A DNA stretch of 64,000 nt from Candidatus Heimdallarchaeota archaeon. GTDB taxonomy: Archaea > Asgardarchaeota > Heimdallarchaeia > Heimdallarchaeales > Heimdallarchaeaceae. The number at the start of each line of letters is the position of its first letter. Position 1 is the first letter of the stretch. The position numbers and the translations under genes were made by a program. The notes under the pieces were generated by a model that was given only the letters and a program-made list of their open reading frames with translations, was not told where the DNA came from and searched no databases. Below are positions 9,575 through 19,651 of this stretch, one piece after another. The stretch lies in NCBI GenBank assembly GCA_019057815.1, contig JAHLWR010000003.1:69248-133247 (forward strand). Reading direction: 5' to 3'.

Positions 9575-11182
9575 TTATTTTTTCCTTGAAAGAGCTGATT
9601 TGATAAATTCAAAATATGGAGGTGAGGGATTGTTGGGTCTAGATTGAAATTCAGGGTGGTACTGTGTTGCTATGAAATAGGGATTTTCATCAATTTCTAA
9701 AGTCTCCATTCTTCTTCCATCTTCAGATTTTCCTGAGAATACAAGACCATTTTTCTCTAATAACTCAATATATTCAGGATTAACCTCGTATCTGTGTCTA
9801 TGTCTTTCGAAAATTGAAGTCGATTTGTATATAGCTTCAAATCTGGATCCTGGATTGATCAAAACCTTGTGTTTTCCTAATCTCATGGTTCCTCCTTTTC
9901 TCGTAATTGTTTTTTGTTCAGGTAGTATATCAATAACAGGATAAGGCGTATTAGGGTCAATTTCTGCAGTGTTAGCCCCTGCTAAATTGCATACATTTCT
10001 CGAATATTCTATCACAGATAATTGAAATCCATAACAAATGCCTAAAAATGGGATTTTATTTTCTCTTGCATATTTTATTACATTTATTTTTCCTTCAATT
10101 CCTCTAGAACCAAATCCACCTGGAACTAGTATGCCATCATACTTGTTTAGTTCCTTTATTCTGTCTACATTGTCTTCAAAATCTTCAGTATCAATAAATT
10201 CAATATTAACTTGAGCATTATTATGGGCTGCACCATGTTTAAGGGCTTCTTTAACACTAATATAAGAATCAGCTAGACGAGTATACTTCCCAGTTATTGC
10301 TATATTTATAGTATTATCTGCATGAAGGAATTTTTCGATTATTCTCTCATCTGCAGACCAATCTGCTGAAACATCTTCATATCTAAGCTTTAGGTTCAGT
10401 GTTGATCCTAAACCTTGTTTATCCAAGTAAATAGGGGATTCCAGAATGTGTTCAAGATCTGGAAGGGAAAATACTGCATTAGCGGGAACATCACAATACA
10501 TGATAATTTTTTCTTTTGCTTTCTGTGTAAGATCTTTTTCTCCTCGAGCAATAATTATATCTGGGTTCAACCCCATAGATTGAAGTTCTCTGACAGCATG
10601 TTGAGTTGGCTTTGTTTTCTGTTCATTTAAATTGGGAGGTATCATAATATATGTTAAAAGAACTAAAAGCGAATCATTACTAGACATTTCTCTTCTAAGC
10701 TGCCTAAGAGCCTCCAAAAAGGGTTGACTTTCAATGTCACCAATGGTACCCCCTATTTCAATAATAAGAACATCAAGATCTGGGTCTCTATCAGCTACTT
10801 TCTTGACACGACGTTTTATTTCATCAGTAATATGAGGAATTACCTGAACTGTCTTGCCAAGAAAATCTCCTCTTCTCTCAGCTTCAATGACATTAAGGTA
10901 TACTTGACCAGTTGTGATATTTTGATCTTTTCTCATTTCTAAATTAAGCATTCTTTCATAATGGCCAAAATCAATATCAATTTCTGAACCATCAGATGTA
11001 ACATAAGTTTCACCATGTTCAAAAGGGTTCATAGTGCCTGCGTCGATATTTAGGTAAGGGTCAACCTTAATTACATCAACTTTCTTACCACGAATTTGGA
11101 AATTTCTTCCTATAGCTGAGCTAACTACTCCCTTACCTAACCCTGATATTAAAGCTCCACAGACAAAGATATATTTAGGCAT
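9575..11182 (-). CDS. pyrG: CTP synthase.
   Basis: Full-length: N-terminal synthetase domain MPKYIFVCGALISGLGKG and C-terminal glutamine amidotransferase GICYGFQ...HRHRYE. 535 aa. Confidence 0.95.
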   Translation of the reverse strand: MPKYIFVCGALISGLGKGVVSSAIGRNFQIRGKKVDVIKVDPYLNIDAGTMNPFEHGETYVTSDGSEIDIDFGHYERMLNLEMRKDQNITTGQVYLNVIEAERRGDFLGKTVQVIPHITDEIKRRVKKVADRDPDLDVLIIEIGGTIGDIESQPFLEALRQLRREMSSNDSLLVLLTYIMIPPNLNEQKTKPTQHAVRELQSMGLNPDIIIARGEKDLTQKAKEKIIMYCDVPANAVFSLPDLEHILESPIYLDKQGLGSTLNLKLRYEDVSADWSADERIIEKFLHADNTINIAITGKYTRLADSYISVKEALKHGAAHNNAQVNIEFIDTEDFEDNVDRIKELNKYDGILVPGGFGSRGIEGKINVIKYARENKIPFLGICYGFQLSVIEYSRNVCNLAGANTAEIDPNTPYPVIDILPEQKTITRKGGTMRLGKHKVLINPGSRFEAIYKSTSIFERHRHRYEVNPEYIELLEKNGLVFSGKSEDGRRMETLEIDENPYFIATQYHPEFQSRPNNPSPPYFEFIKSALSRKK

Positions 11183-11220
11183 ATTATTCGTTTTTCAAAG
11201 TTGAATATAAAGTTATCAGT

Positions 11221-11787
11221 TCAAATCTCATTATGTAGAATTTTAGGTTTTTTCACTAATTCTTTCCATTTTTCTACTGCATCTACCACTATTTCATACA
11301 ACCATTTTTCTTCAGGAGTAAAGTTCCTAGTCTTACTAGTGATGTTTTTTCCTTTCTCTGCCATTTTTATTATTTTGGAAAGCCTTACCGTCATAAATTC
11401 TCTAATTTTCGTTTCTATTGATTGTTGTTGTCTAAACGATATCACTTTCTCTTTCTTCTGTAATTCATCAAATGTTTTGCGTGCTAAAATGTAGAAGAAT
11501 TGGTCAATCTTTTGAAGGCTTATATTCTCTCTCTCTTTCCGTGTGACTTCATGTAATTCTGGAAAATCAAAATCAGATAAATCTTCAATTGTTACATAAT
11601 CTTCTTTCGCTAGTACTATAGCTAGCCAATATGGCAATTTAATTTTTACTCCTTCTGTAAGCTTGATTTTTCTTTCTCCCAAATTAAATTCTTCAAGATT
11701 TTGCTTACATATAACTGTGATTTCAAGGGTCTCAAAATCGAGTTGAATTCTTTCAAGCTCATCTGATAATAGATTTTCATCTAACAT
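11221..11787 (-). CDS. GINS complex subunit, Gins23 (Psf2/Psf3)-like, with the B domain first.
   Basis: KLPYWLAIVLAKEDYVTIE aligns with eukaryotic Psf2 VPLWLAINLKQRQKCRL. 188 aa, sitting between Hel308 and MCM-cluster genes. Confidence 0.5.
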   Translation of the reverse strand: MLDENLLSDELERIQLDFETLEITVICKQNLEEFNLGERKIKLTEGVKIKLPYWLAIVLAKEDYVTIEDLSDFDFPELHEVTRKERENISLQKIDQFFYILARKTFDELQKKEKVISFRQQQSIETKIREFMTVRLSKIIKMAEKGKNITSKTRNFTPEEKWLYEIVVDAVEKWKELVKKPKILHNEI

Positions 11788-11829
11788 GTTATCAAAAATA
11801 AGACTCTGAAAATAGTTTTAAAACATTGC

Positions 11830-14088
11830 TTATTTTGTGAAAAAATCTTCTAAACTCTTCTGAGATTGAGAATATTCGCCTGAATTCTCTTCAGATTCTT
11901 CACTAGGTAATTCTTGTAACATTTCAAGAGACTTTTTTTCACCAAATAAATGGTTGTAAATTGATTTAACTATCTCTGTACCAATACCTGGTATTTTCTG
12001 CATTTCTGTTGGATTTGTCTGTTTTATTATTTCTTGAGAAGAATAACCTTTATTGAACAGCAATCTAGCTCTTACTCTTCCGATTCCAGGGATGGAAACA
12101 AGGTCTAGAAGTTCTTCTTTTATACCATTTATTACTCTATTATGAAGAATTTTAGTTTTTGCTGCAACTTCAGAATACCCAAGTAACTTAGCTATCTCAT
12201 TTGTAGCATAAAGAAGCCATTCAGCATTTGAAACAACTGAAAATACGTCACCACTACCTACATTATATCGGTCCAAAATGCTGTCCTCTGAAGTTTCCGT
12301 TATCCAATCTTGAATAATGAAAGCTGTTTTTAACTGACTCATAAATAGTTCAAGTTCAAAAGGCGATGAAGGAAGTTCGGTTAGAAACTCTTCGTCGTGC
12401 TTCGACATAATGTTTAAGATAGGAATTTCATCCGATTTTTTTATGCTAATAAAACGTACATCAGGAGTTGAGCACACTAAGTGAAGTAGACTTAAATCAG
12501 TTAGAAATTCTTTTGCCATAATTTTGGAACGATTTAACCCATCTCTTATGATTACAGCGCTTAATGGATCAATGTACAGCTGACTAGCTCGCTTCCCAAA
12601 ACTTGTAGCATCTAAATAGTCAGGATCTTTAATAATCAACCCCTCTTCTTTGAGGTAGTCTATAACTTTTATTAGGATTGAAGCTAAATTATAAGTGTCC
12701 TGTTGGTAACCGTAAAATGTTTGACTAAAGAAATCATTCAGTTCTTCCAAAGACTGAACATTTTCAGTAGCAATTTGACCTAAAACTATTCTTCTTAATG
12801 CAGGTTCAGCAGCTATGCGCGATTCTATTTCTTCAGTCTCACCAATTAAATATCTTTGAAATAGTTTCTGTGCTTCAATTTCACTTTTTGCTATAAGAAT
12901 AGCATCTCCTTCTTTATCAAACTGTGGTCTACCAGCTCTCCCAGATTGTTGTTTAAACTCTAAAACAGGGATAGGATAGCTTCCTAATGTAACATCGTAT
13001 CGATAGATACTTTTTATAACAACATATCTAGCTGGTAAATTTACTCCTGAGGCAAGAGTTGGAGTACTGGTTATTATTTTGATATACCCTCTTTTGAAAC
13101 TCTCCTCAATAAACCTTCTCTGTCCTAAGTTTAATCCTGCGTGATGAAAGACTGTTCCTTGTCGAATTAAACTTGCAACTTCCTTTGACTGTTTTGTTTG
13201 TTCCCCTTTTTTGATGAGTTCATTAGCTATTTCATTTAATTTTAGTCTTTCCCCCTCTTTTAAGGTACTTGAAACTCTTCGAGCTATTTTCTTAGCTATT
13301 GATTCAGTCATATTTCTTGTTGTTCCAAAAACTATTGCTTGGTGATTATTTGTGAGAATATAATTCAATAAATTGTCAAAGCTGTCTTTGTATCTCATTG
13401 GAATTGTTTTTTCGCTTCCATCAGCATAGATAATATTATTACCATAGACAACACCTTCATTTAATTTTACAGAACGCCAATCACTAGAAACTAATTCTGC
13501 TTCGAGCCATCTTGCTATTTGATCAGCGTTTTTTATAGTTGCACTCAATGCTATTATTTGAGTCTCTGTTATCTGACGTAGTTGAGCAATAACAACCTCT
13601 AAAGTAGGTCCTCTATTCCTATTGTTAATCAAATGAACTTCATCTACTATTATAATACCTAATTGTCTAACCCATTTTGCTCCATGCCTGAGCTCAGAAT
13701 CTATTTTTTCATTTGTTGCAATGATTACATCTGCATATTTTGCTTTTTGATCTTCTTTATCATAGTCTCCGGTTAATATAACGGTTTTTTTACCCAAAGA
13801 GTCAAAAATACGTTTGAACTCCACATATTTCTCATAAGCTAGTGCTCTTAATGGAGCTAAATAAAGTGCTTTCATACCTTTCTTTTCAATATTGTGAACA
13901 CAAGCTAGAAGTGCTAAAAGCGTCTTACCTGAAGCTGTAGGAATTGCTATAACTAAGTTATTATCTTCAAAAAGACCTTTTTTTACAGCTTCTACTTGAG
14001 GAGGATAAAGCTTTTTTATGCCCTCTTCTTTAATTAAGTCAGCAACTTTCTGAGGTATAGGTAAGTCATCAATATCCATAAATCTCAC
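11830..14088 (-). CDS. hel308: Hel308/Hjm-type Ski2-like DNA helicase.
   Basis: Motif I AIPTASGKT, DEVH box IIVDEVHLI, helicase C region QQSGRAGR, C-terminal HhH-like domain IPGIGRVRARLL. 752 aa. Confidence 0.8.
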   Translation of the reverse strand: MRFMDIDDLPIPQKVADLIKEEGIKKLYPPQVEAVKKGLFEDNNLVIAIPTASGKTLLALLACVHNIEKKGMKALYLAPLRALAYEKYVEFKRIFDSLGKKTVILTGDYDKEDQKAKYADVIIATNEKIDSELRHGAKWVRQLGIIIVDEVHLINNRNRGPTLEVVIAQLRQITETQIIALSATIKNADQIARWLEAELVSSDWRSVKLNEGVVYGNNIIYADGSEKTIPMRYKDSFDNLLNYILTNNHQAIVFGTTRNMTESIAKKIARRVSSTLKEGERLKLNEIANELIKKGEQTKQSKEVASLIRQGTVFHHAGLNLGQRRFIEESFKRGYIKIITSTPTLASGVNLPARYVVIKSIYRYDVTLGSYPIPVLEFKQQSGRAGRPQFDKEGDAILIAKSEIEAQKLFQRYLIGETEEIESRIAAEPALRRIVLGQIATENVQSLEELNDFFSQTFYGYQQDTYNLASILIKVIDYLKEEGLIIKDPDYLDATSFGKRASQLYIDPLSAVIIRDGLNRSKIMAKEFLTDLSLLHLVCSTPDVRFISIKKSDEIPILNIMSKHDEEFLTELPSSPFELELFMSQLKTAFIIQDWITETSEDSILDRYNVGSGDVFSVVSNAEWLLYATNEIAKLLGYSEVAAKTKILHNRVINGIKEELLDLVSIPGIGRVRARLLFNKGYSSQEIIKQTNPTEMQKIPGIGTEIVKSIYNHLFGEKKSLEMLQELPSEESEENSGEYSQSQKSLEDFFTK

Positions 14089-14128
14089 TGTTTTTTTGAA
14101 ACTACTAATGTAAGGATTTCAGAATGTT

Positions 14129-17100
14129 CTATGTATAACTAATCCTTCCTTCTTTAGGAGTGAATATTTGTCCACTCTTTTGAAGTTGTTCGATAACTTT
14201 GATAACGAAATCTTCTTCAATATCTCTCTCTTTTGCTATTTCTTTTAATTTCTGCATCGTAATATAGTTATATTTGCTTTTAGTAATTTCATCTTTGATA
14301 ATATCAAGAATCTTATCCATCTTTGAACGTGAAACTGAAGTCATTCCTGATACCATATAATCAACAGTAACTTTTCCACTGATAGGATCTTTACCAGCTT
14401 GTTCTAAAGAGGTTTTAAGTAATCTGATAGCTGCTTCAACATGGTCTATTGTAACATCATTTTTTAGAGCCATTCTAGCTTGAGATTCTGATAATCTGAC
14501 TAAGGCTTCTAAATATCTAGGAGTAATAGCAATTTCTAATCCATCTGATTCCTTTCTTAATTCTAGATAATACTTTTCTATTCTTTCCATTGCTTCATCT
14601 GTAAGAACTGGATGTACATGTTGTTTTGAATAACTTATGTATTTGCGCAAAAGTTCCATAGAAATTGGGGGTTCAGCTTCTTCTAACAAATGACCTCGCC
14701 TTAATTCTAAGATATGACGAGCCATTTTAGTATCAAATTCAACCTCTGGTTCATCTTTAATTATGAATATTAGATCAAACCTAGAAAGGATAGTAGATGA
14801 AAGGTTAATATTTTCTCCAGGAGAGCGTGAAGGCTCATAGCGTCCAAAACGCGGGTTAGCAGCTGCAATAATAGCTGTTCGAGCGTTTAATTGGGCAATA
14901 ATTCCAGCTTTAGCTATACTAATACTTTGTTGCTCCATAGCTTCATGTATTGATGAACGGTCAACTTTATTCATTTTGTCAAATTCATCTATTGCAACTA
15001 CCCCTCTATCTCCTAATACTAATGCTCCTGCTTCTAATGTGAATTCTCCCGTATCTTGATCTCTAATTACAGCCGCGGTGTTATGTGTAACAAATCCATT
15101 TACAATAAAATTATGAGTTTCTGGTATTGACAAATCATAAACATATTCTTCTGTATTTTCAAACTCTTCAATTTGTGCAATCTCATCCCATAAAACATCT
15201 GAATTTGCTAATGTCTTTAATAACTCATATCTCTTCTGTAAATATTTGTGTTTTTCTTTTATCTTTTCAATTACGTTATCTATGTACTTTGTTATTTCCA
15301 GTGGTAAAACAATATTTTCAAGTTTTTTTAGCTTGATAATTATTTTTATTTGAATTGAGATATCCCTATTTTTTCTCATGAAAAAATCATAAATATTATC
15401 ATAATTGAGTCCAGTTTCTTTTTCTATCTCTTTTCTTTCTAATTTCTTATTTATTTCTGAAAATAATGTGCTTCGGACAGAGAAAGGTAATTTAATTCTG
15501 TGTCTTAACCAATTTGTATCAATTTTTTCTAGTATCTCTTTCAGACGTTTTTGAGATATTGCTTTATCGAAATTATCTTTGGAAAAAGCTCCATGATAAC
15601 CTGTCAAATCTCTACTACTATAATTGTAGAATATCTTTAGTTCATTTACCATTGAAAAGATTTGGGGTATGTTATCCAAATTTCGATGTTTCTGTCTGGT
15701 TTTTTCACATATTTCGTCTAGTTTCTCCATTTTACTAGAGTGCCTAAAACCAACAAATTCTCTAAATACTTTGAAATCTTCATTATTGCTAAATGCTATT
15801 TCATATTTCTCTAGTTTGCCTGTTATTTTAGTCCCATCTTTCTTAATTGATGTTTTTGGTTTTCTCACCCTTCTAAATGAAGCGATGTTAAGAGTTGATA
15901 GTGCATCTTGAATAAAATTTGCAAGCTTTTTGCTTGTTGTAGATATTCCGATGTGAGAAGAACTATTTTTTCTTACAGTTATCCATCCATCTGAATCATA
16001 TAATCCCTGAAGAAGATTCTTTAGATAAATTTCTGGATAAAATAGAATGTCCCAGATAGGTGCTATTGTGCTTGATTTAGGAGCTAATGTCAGGCCAAAA
16101 TAATTGAAAATATGATAAAGCAATTTGGACCAAATTCTATATTCTGCTGGCCTAGATTGTGTTTCTTTTGTTTTGCTAATTGTGAAACCTAGTTTTTTAA
16201 AGAATTGTTCAAAAGTATCCAATATCTCTTGCTGTGTATTAGACAATCCAATAGTAACACCACCATAACCCTCTGTTCTTTTATCAATTGATACCCGACC
16301 ATCACCCATTAATAGACCTAACATGTAGAACCATTCTTCATCTAAAGTTTTAGGAAGGAAAATAGTTTGACCTTTTTTGATCTGGAGTTCTAATATATCT
16401 GGGAGTTCATTCAGCAGATCTTTGTTTGCTAATTTACATAAGTTACCAAATTGTCTAAAACTTATTGAACCTCGTTTGCTTTTATCTTGCCAGTTTGATA
16501 TTGTACTCTCTGTAACCTTTAATATTTTCTCTATGTCTTTTATTGTATAAGAAGTGCTATGTTTCAATTCTTCAATAATTGTTGCAACTTTGTCTTCAAC
16601 AGAAGATAATGTAATAGTTCCTTTATAGATTTCAATAATTTCATATGATATTGGTACTTCTTTTCTTGTTATAATTGGTAATTTTCTCGTTGTAGCTACC
16701 CTATCTCCTTCTGTAAGGATGCTTGCATGTTTCCAAACTACTCCTTCATCCTTTGTTATTGAAAGAAGGCTAGTTTGAGGAGTGATTACAAGTTGTTTTC
16801 CTGTTCGTGAGGTTATTCTAATTAGACTCTTTGGAGGTTTAATTTTCCAAAATCTTGATATCGGTTGTTTATCTAAATGTAAATTCTTTGAATGGACAGC
16901 TAAATTTTCATTGCTAGAATTCTCAACATATTCCATTTGTTCATTATAATATAAGATATCGCCAGATTCAAATTCTTGTTCAACTATTTCAGAAATAGGT
17001 TTAATTTGATTATGAAGAAGAATTCGGCTATCACCAGAAACACAAAGACCAGCAGCTGTTGAGGCTTTTCCAGATGTCATTAGTCCTCTTGGTGCAAGTT

Positions 17101-18214
17101 TACATGCAAATTGTAAAATTTGACTCTTAGCAACTCCTGGATCGCCTATTATTAATAAATTAGATTCACCTCTTTGTTTCATCCCATCGGACGCTACTCT
17201 ACTTTCTCCACCAAAGAGAATGGTTGCTATGGCTTCTTTGATTGTCTCCATTCCGTATATCGAAGGTGCAACAGATCTTATTATCCTTCTATGAATACTT
17301 AAATCGCGGGATAATTCTATGATTTCTTTTTCTGTTTCTGGGTCTATATCGATTTCTTCATACTCTTTCTGTTGGGAAGAAATATAATTGACATCCAACC
17401 AAAGGTCAAAAATAGCTAGTTTTCCTTTCTTCTTTGGAGTTGGAGCTTTCATTCTCAAAATACCACTAACAACAGCTCGATCTCCTGCTCTGACAGCATC
17501 GACTAAATCTCCCACTAATCTTGCAGAAAGGTTTCTAGGAATTTGACCTGCTGGGAGTGTTTCAGGTCGTTCCTGAACTGTTATTGTCTGTAGATCTTTG
17601 TATGTAGATTCCTCTGAATTGAGTTTAAAGAAACCTTTCTTTCCACAGCTTGGATTAACACAGATATGTGGTTCCATATACATACCTCCTATTTGAGGGA
17701 CATAATTAATTTCACCGCAGCTCAAACACTGAAAAGAACCTTCAATAAGTAAAGGTTTGACAACACTCTGTCTAAGAACAATGCCTTCTACAGATATTAG
17801 TTTCCCTAAATGCACATTTCTAACCCTTCTCAAATCAACTTGATCAGGAATATTTGAAAAACGAACAACAAATGTTTCTTCACCTGTTGCATAAATTGGG
17901 TCTTCTATGGTTAATACTTCCTTTAATGCTCCATTAGCTTCTTTGAGAATCTCTTCAGGATTCTCTCTTAATTGTCTAGCTGATTCTGGGTCGTATCGAA
18001 GAAGATCATCATAACTTACAAAAAGTGACGTTAAACCTTCTAAAACCATTTTTTGAATTTGTTCTGTATATACTCTTCTTCCTTTATCATCCATATATCC
18101 TTGAAAAAAATCAGTAAACCTATCTATAGGCGTAGATTGCATGTCGATGTGCATTTTTTCCAACCTTAATTCTACAACTTTCCTTAGTTTATTAGTTTTA
18201 CTTTGTACTGACAA
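14129..18214 (-). CDS. mcm: MCM replicative helicase interrupted by one intein. 1361-aa precursor; the extein is 706 aa (N-extein 390 aa, C-extein 316 aa).
   Basis: N-terminal zinc finger CLSCG...CVNPSCG, Walker A IIGDPGVAKSQ, Walker B VVAIDEFDKM, arginine finger SRFDLIF, and a C-terminal wH. Confidence 0.9.
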   Translation of the reverse strand: MSVQSKTNKLRKVVELRLEKMHIDMQSTPIDRFTDFFQGYMDDKGRRVYTEQIQKMVLEGLTSLFVSYDDLLRYDPESARQLRENPEEILKEANGALKEVLTIEDPIYATGEETFVVRFSNIPDQVDLRRVRNVHLGKLISVEGIVLRQSVVKPLLIEGSFQCLSCGEINYVPQIGGMYMEPHICVNPSCGKKGFFKLNSEESTYKDLQTITVQERPETLPAGQIPRNLSARLVGDLVDAVRAGDRAVVSGILRMKAPTPKKKGKLAIFDLWLDVNYISSQQKEYEEIDIDPETEKEIIELSRDLSIHRRIIRSVAPSIYGMETIKEAIATILFGGESRVASDGMKQRGESNLLIIGDPGVAKSQILQFACKLAPRGLMTSGKASTAAGLCVSGDSRILLHNQIKPISEIVEQEFESGDILYYNEQMEYVENSSNENLAVHSKNLHLDKQPISRFWKIKPPKSLIRITSRTGKQLVITPQTSLLSITKDEGVVWKHASILTEGDRVATTRKLPIITRKEVPISYEIIEIYKGTITLSSVEDKVATIIEELKHSTSYTIKDIEKILKVTESTISNWQDKSKRGSISFRQFGNLCKLANKDLLNELPDILELQIKKGQTIFLPKTLDEEWFYMLGLLMGDGRVSIDKRTEGYGGVTIGLSNTQQEILDTFEQFFKKLGFTISKTKETQSRPAEYRIWSKLLYHIFNYFGLTLAPKSSTIAPIWDILFYPEIYLKNLLQGLYDSDGWITVRKNSSSHIGISTTSKKLANFIQDALSTLNIASFRRVRKPKTSIKKDGTKITGKLEKYEIAFSNNEDFKVFREFVGFRHSSKMEKLDEICEKTRQKHRNLDNIPQIFSMVNELKIFYNYSSRDLTGYHGAFSKDNFDKAISQKRLKEILEKIDTNWLRHRIKLPFSVRSTLFSEINKKLERKEIEKETGLNYDNIYDFFMRKNRDISIQIKIIIKLKKLENIVLPLEITKYIDNVIEKIKEKHKYLQKRYELLKTLANSDVLWDEIAQIEEFENTEEYVYDLSIPETHNFIVNGFVTHNTAAVIRDQDTGEFTLEAGALVLGDRGVVAIDEFDKMNKVDRSSIHEAMEQQSISIAKAGIIAQLNARTAIIAAANPRFGRYEPSRSPGENINLSSTILSRFDLIFIIKDEPEVEFDTKMARHILELRRGHLLEEAEPPISMELLRKYISYSKQHVHPVLTDEAMERIEKYYLELRKESDGLEIAITPRYLEALVRLSESQARMALKNDVTIDHVEAAIRLLKTSLEQAGKDPISGKVTVDYMVSGMTSVSRSKMDKILDIIKDEITKSKYNYITMQKLKEIAKERDIEEDFVIKVIEQLQKSGQIFTPKEGRISYT
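15080..17044 (-). mobile_element. Intein within mcm. 655 aa with LAGLIDADG homing-endonuclease motifs, inserted between Walker A and Walker B.
   Basis: Starts with Cys after ...GKASTAAGL and ends ...VTHN followed by +1 Thr (TAAVIRDQ). LAGLIDADG-like motifs LLGLLMGDGRV and LQGLYDSDGWI. Boundaries verified codon by codon on the minus strand. Confidence 0.8.
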
Positions 18215-18295
18215 AGCTTTATGTTTAATAAAATATACTGAAAATTAGTATAAAAACTACTCATCAGAACAAAAAGAACATAAATTAAGAGATGG

Positions 18296-19651
18296 ATGTT
18301 GACTAAAATGACTTACACTAATACTCACTTAGCCTTACAAGGAATACTGATGTGGATTCTTTTATCAAAAAAATCTAAAGAATATTACAAAGAGCATAGA
18401 TGGGAGTTTCTTTTAGTTAATTTATTTGCAATTTTACCTGATATAGATCTTCTGTTCGGTCTTCACCGTTCATATACTCATTCACTAATTCTGCCACTAG
18501 CTATTCTCTTATGTTGTTTAACGGTAGGGAAGATAGGCGGAGGATTCTCGAAAATAAGTGAGAAGGGGTTAAGGATTATCCGATTTATTAAGTTAGCTTG
18601 CTATATGTATTTGCTTCATATTGTTCTTGATATTGGTTGGGGACCTGTAATGTTTTTCTGGCCATTAGATACTAATTATTATGATTTATCGGTGTTTTTA
18701 AGGCTTGAAAACGTTAAGTGGTTATTTCTACCGATGACTTTTATCGGTTTAATACCATCGTGGAAAGTTTATACTTATTCAGAGGGACATAGTCAGTTTT
18801 TCATCAATTTAAGTCAAGAAGAAAGACAGTCGATTTATGGTCAGTATTTGGATTTTAAAATAGAGTATTTTATTTTTCATGTAGTCATTTTAATAGCTTG
18901 GATTATAGTCATTTTGCTCCCTGTATTTAAAAGGAAACGGCAAAAAGAAAAATCAAATTTTACTACAAATTTAGTTAAGGGCTTCAAACAGATTACAAGA
19001 GAGACAACTCTTGTTGGAGTATTAATACTAGCATTAGGTCTAATTATAGGTCCTTCGATAGGCAGAAGTTATAGTGTATCACATATAGTGAATATAGATT
19101 ACGTTTCAAGTAATACTCTTTTTGATCCAACATTGGGAGTCATTGTAGATAGGGGAGTATATGAAAACACAACATTAAGCTATAAATGTAAAACAGGATT
19201 AGTAGACTACAATGCATCTGTTATGTTTGTAGAAAAAGAAACGTTCTATAATTTCTTCAATTCGTTTTCTAATATAAGCTCTGAATATCAAGCTGGAAAT
19301 ATATCCTATACAGAGTTAATTGTCTCATATTCAGTTCTAGTAGATGGTGTAAAAAACGCAAGTAACGAAGTTTATCAATTAATTGGGGAACAGAACCAAA
19401 TTGGCTTAAATTTTACTTATGATTCTTCTTCAGAAGAAAGTACACTCTATTTCTTAGCTCTTATCGATGAATGGAATTGGACAGAATCGTATGTATATAG
19501 ATGTACGTTAACTATATCACACACATTAGACAGGAGTATAGCTCAGATTGAAGGTGCTGTCCTAGTTTCTTTGGCGTGTGTAATAATCTTATTAGACCAA
19601 TCCTTTAGTGTTATAAGAATACGTAAAAAAATAGATGAAAAAATAAGTTAA
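18296..19651 (+). CDS. Membrane protein: N-terminal YdjM-like membrane-bound metal-dependent hydrolase domain fused to a large extracytoplasmic domain with many N-glycosylation sequons.
   Basis: LPDIDLLFGLHRSYTHS...HIVLDIGWGP (PF04307-like His/Asp pattern), multiple TM helices, then an NxS/T-rich soluble region. Confidence 0.4.
   Translation: MLTKMTYTNTHLALQGILMWILLSKKSKEYYKEHRWEFLLVNLFAILPDIDLLFGLHRSYTHSLILPLAILLCCLTVGKIGGGFSKISEKGLRIIRFIKLACYMYLLHIVLDIGWGPVMFFWPLDTNYYDLSVFLRLENVKWLFLPMTFIGLIPSWKVYTYSEGHSQFFINLSQEERQSIYGQYLDFKIEYFIFHVVILIAWIIVILLPVFKRKRQKEKSNFTTNLVKGFKQITRETTLVGVLILALGLIIGPSIGRSYSVSHIVNIDYVSSNTLFDPTLGVIVDRGVYENTTLSYKCKTGLVDYNASVMFVEKETFYNFFNSFSNISSEYQAGNISYTELIVSYSVLVDGVKNASNEVYQLIGEQNQIGLNFTYDSSSEESTLYFLALIDEWNWTESYVYRCTLTISHTLDRSIAQIEGAVLVSLACVIILLDQSFSVIRIRKKIDEKIS

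Noticed and set aside
15127-15911. Three short + strand ORFs (69-80 aa)
   Set aside because: Antisense inside the mcm intein-coding region. Low-complexity hydrophobic translations typical of AT-rich antisense frames.
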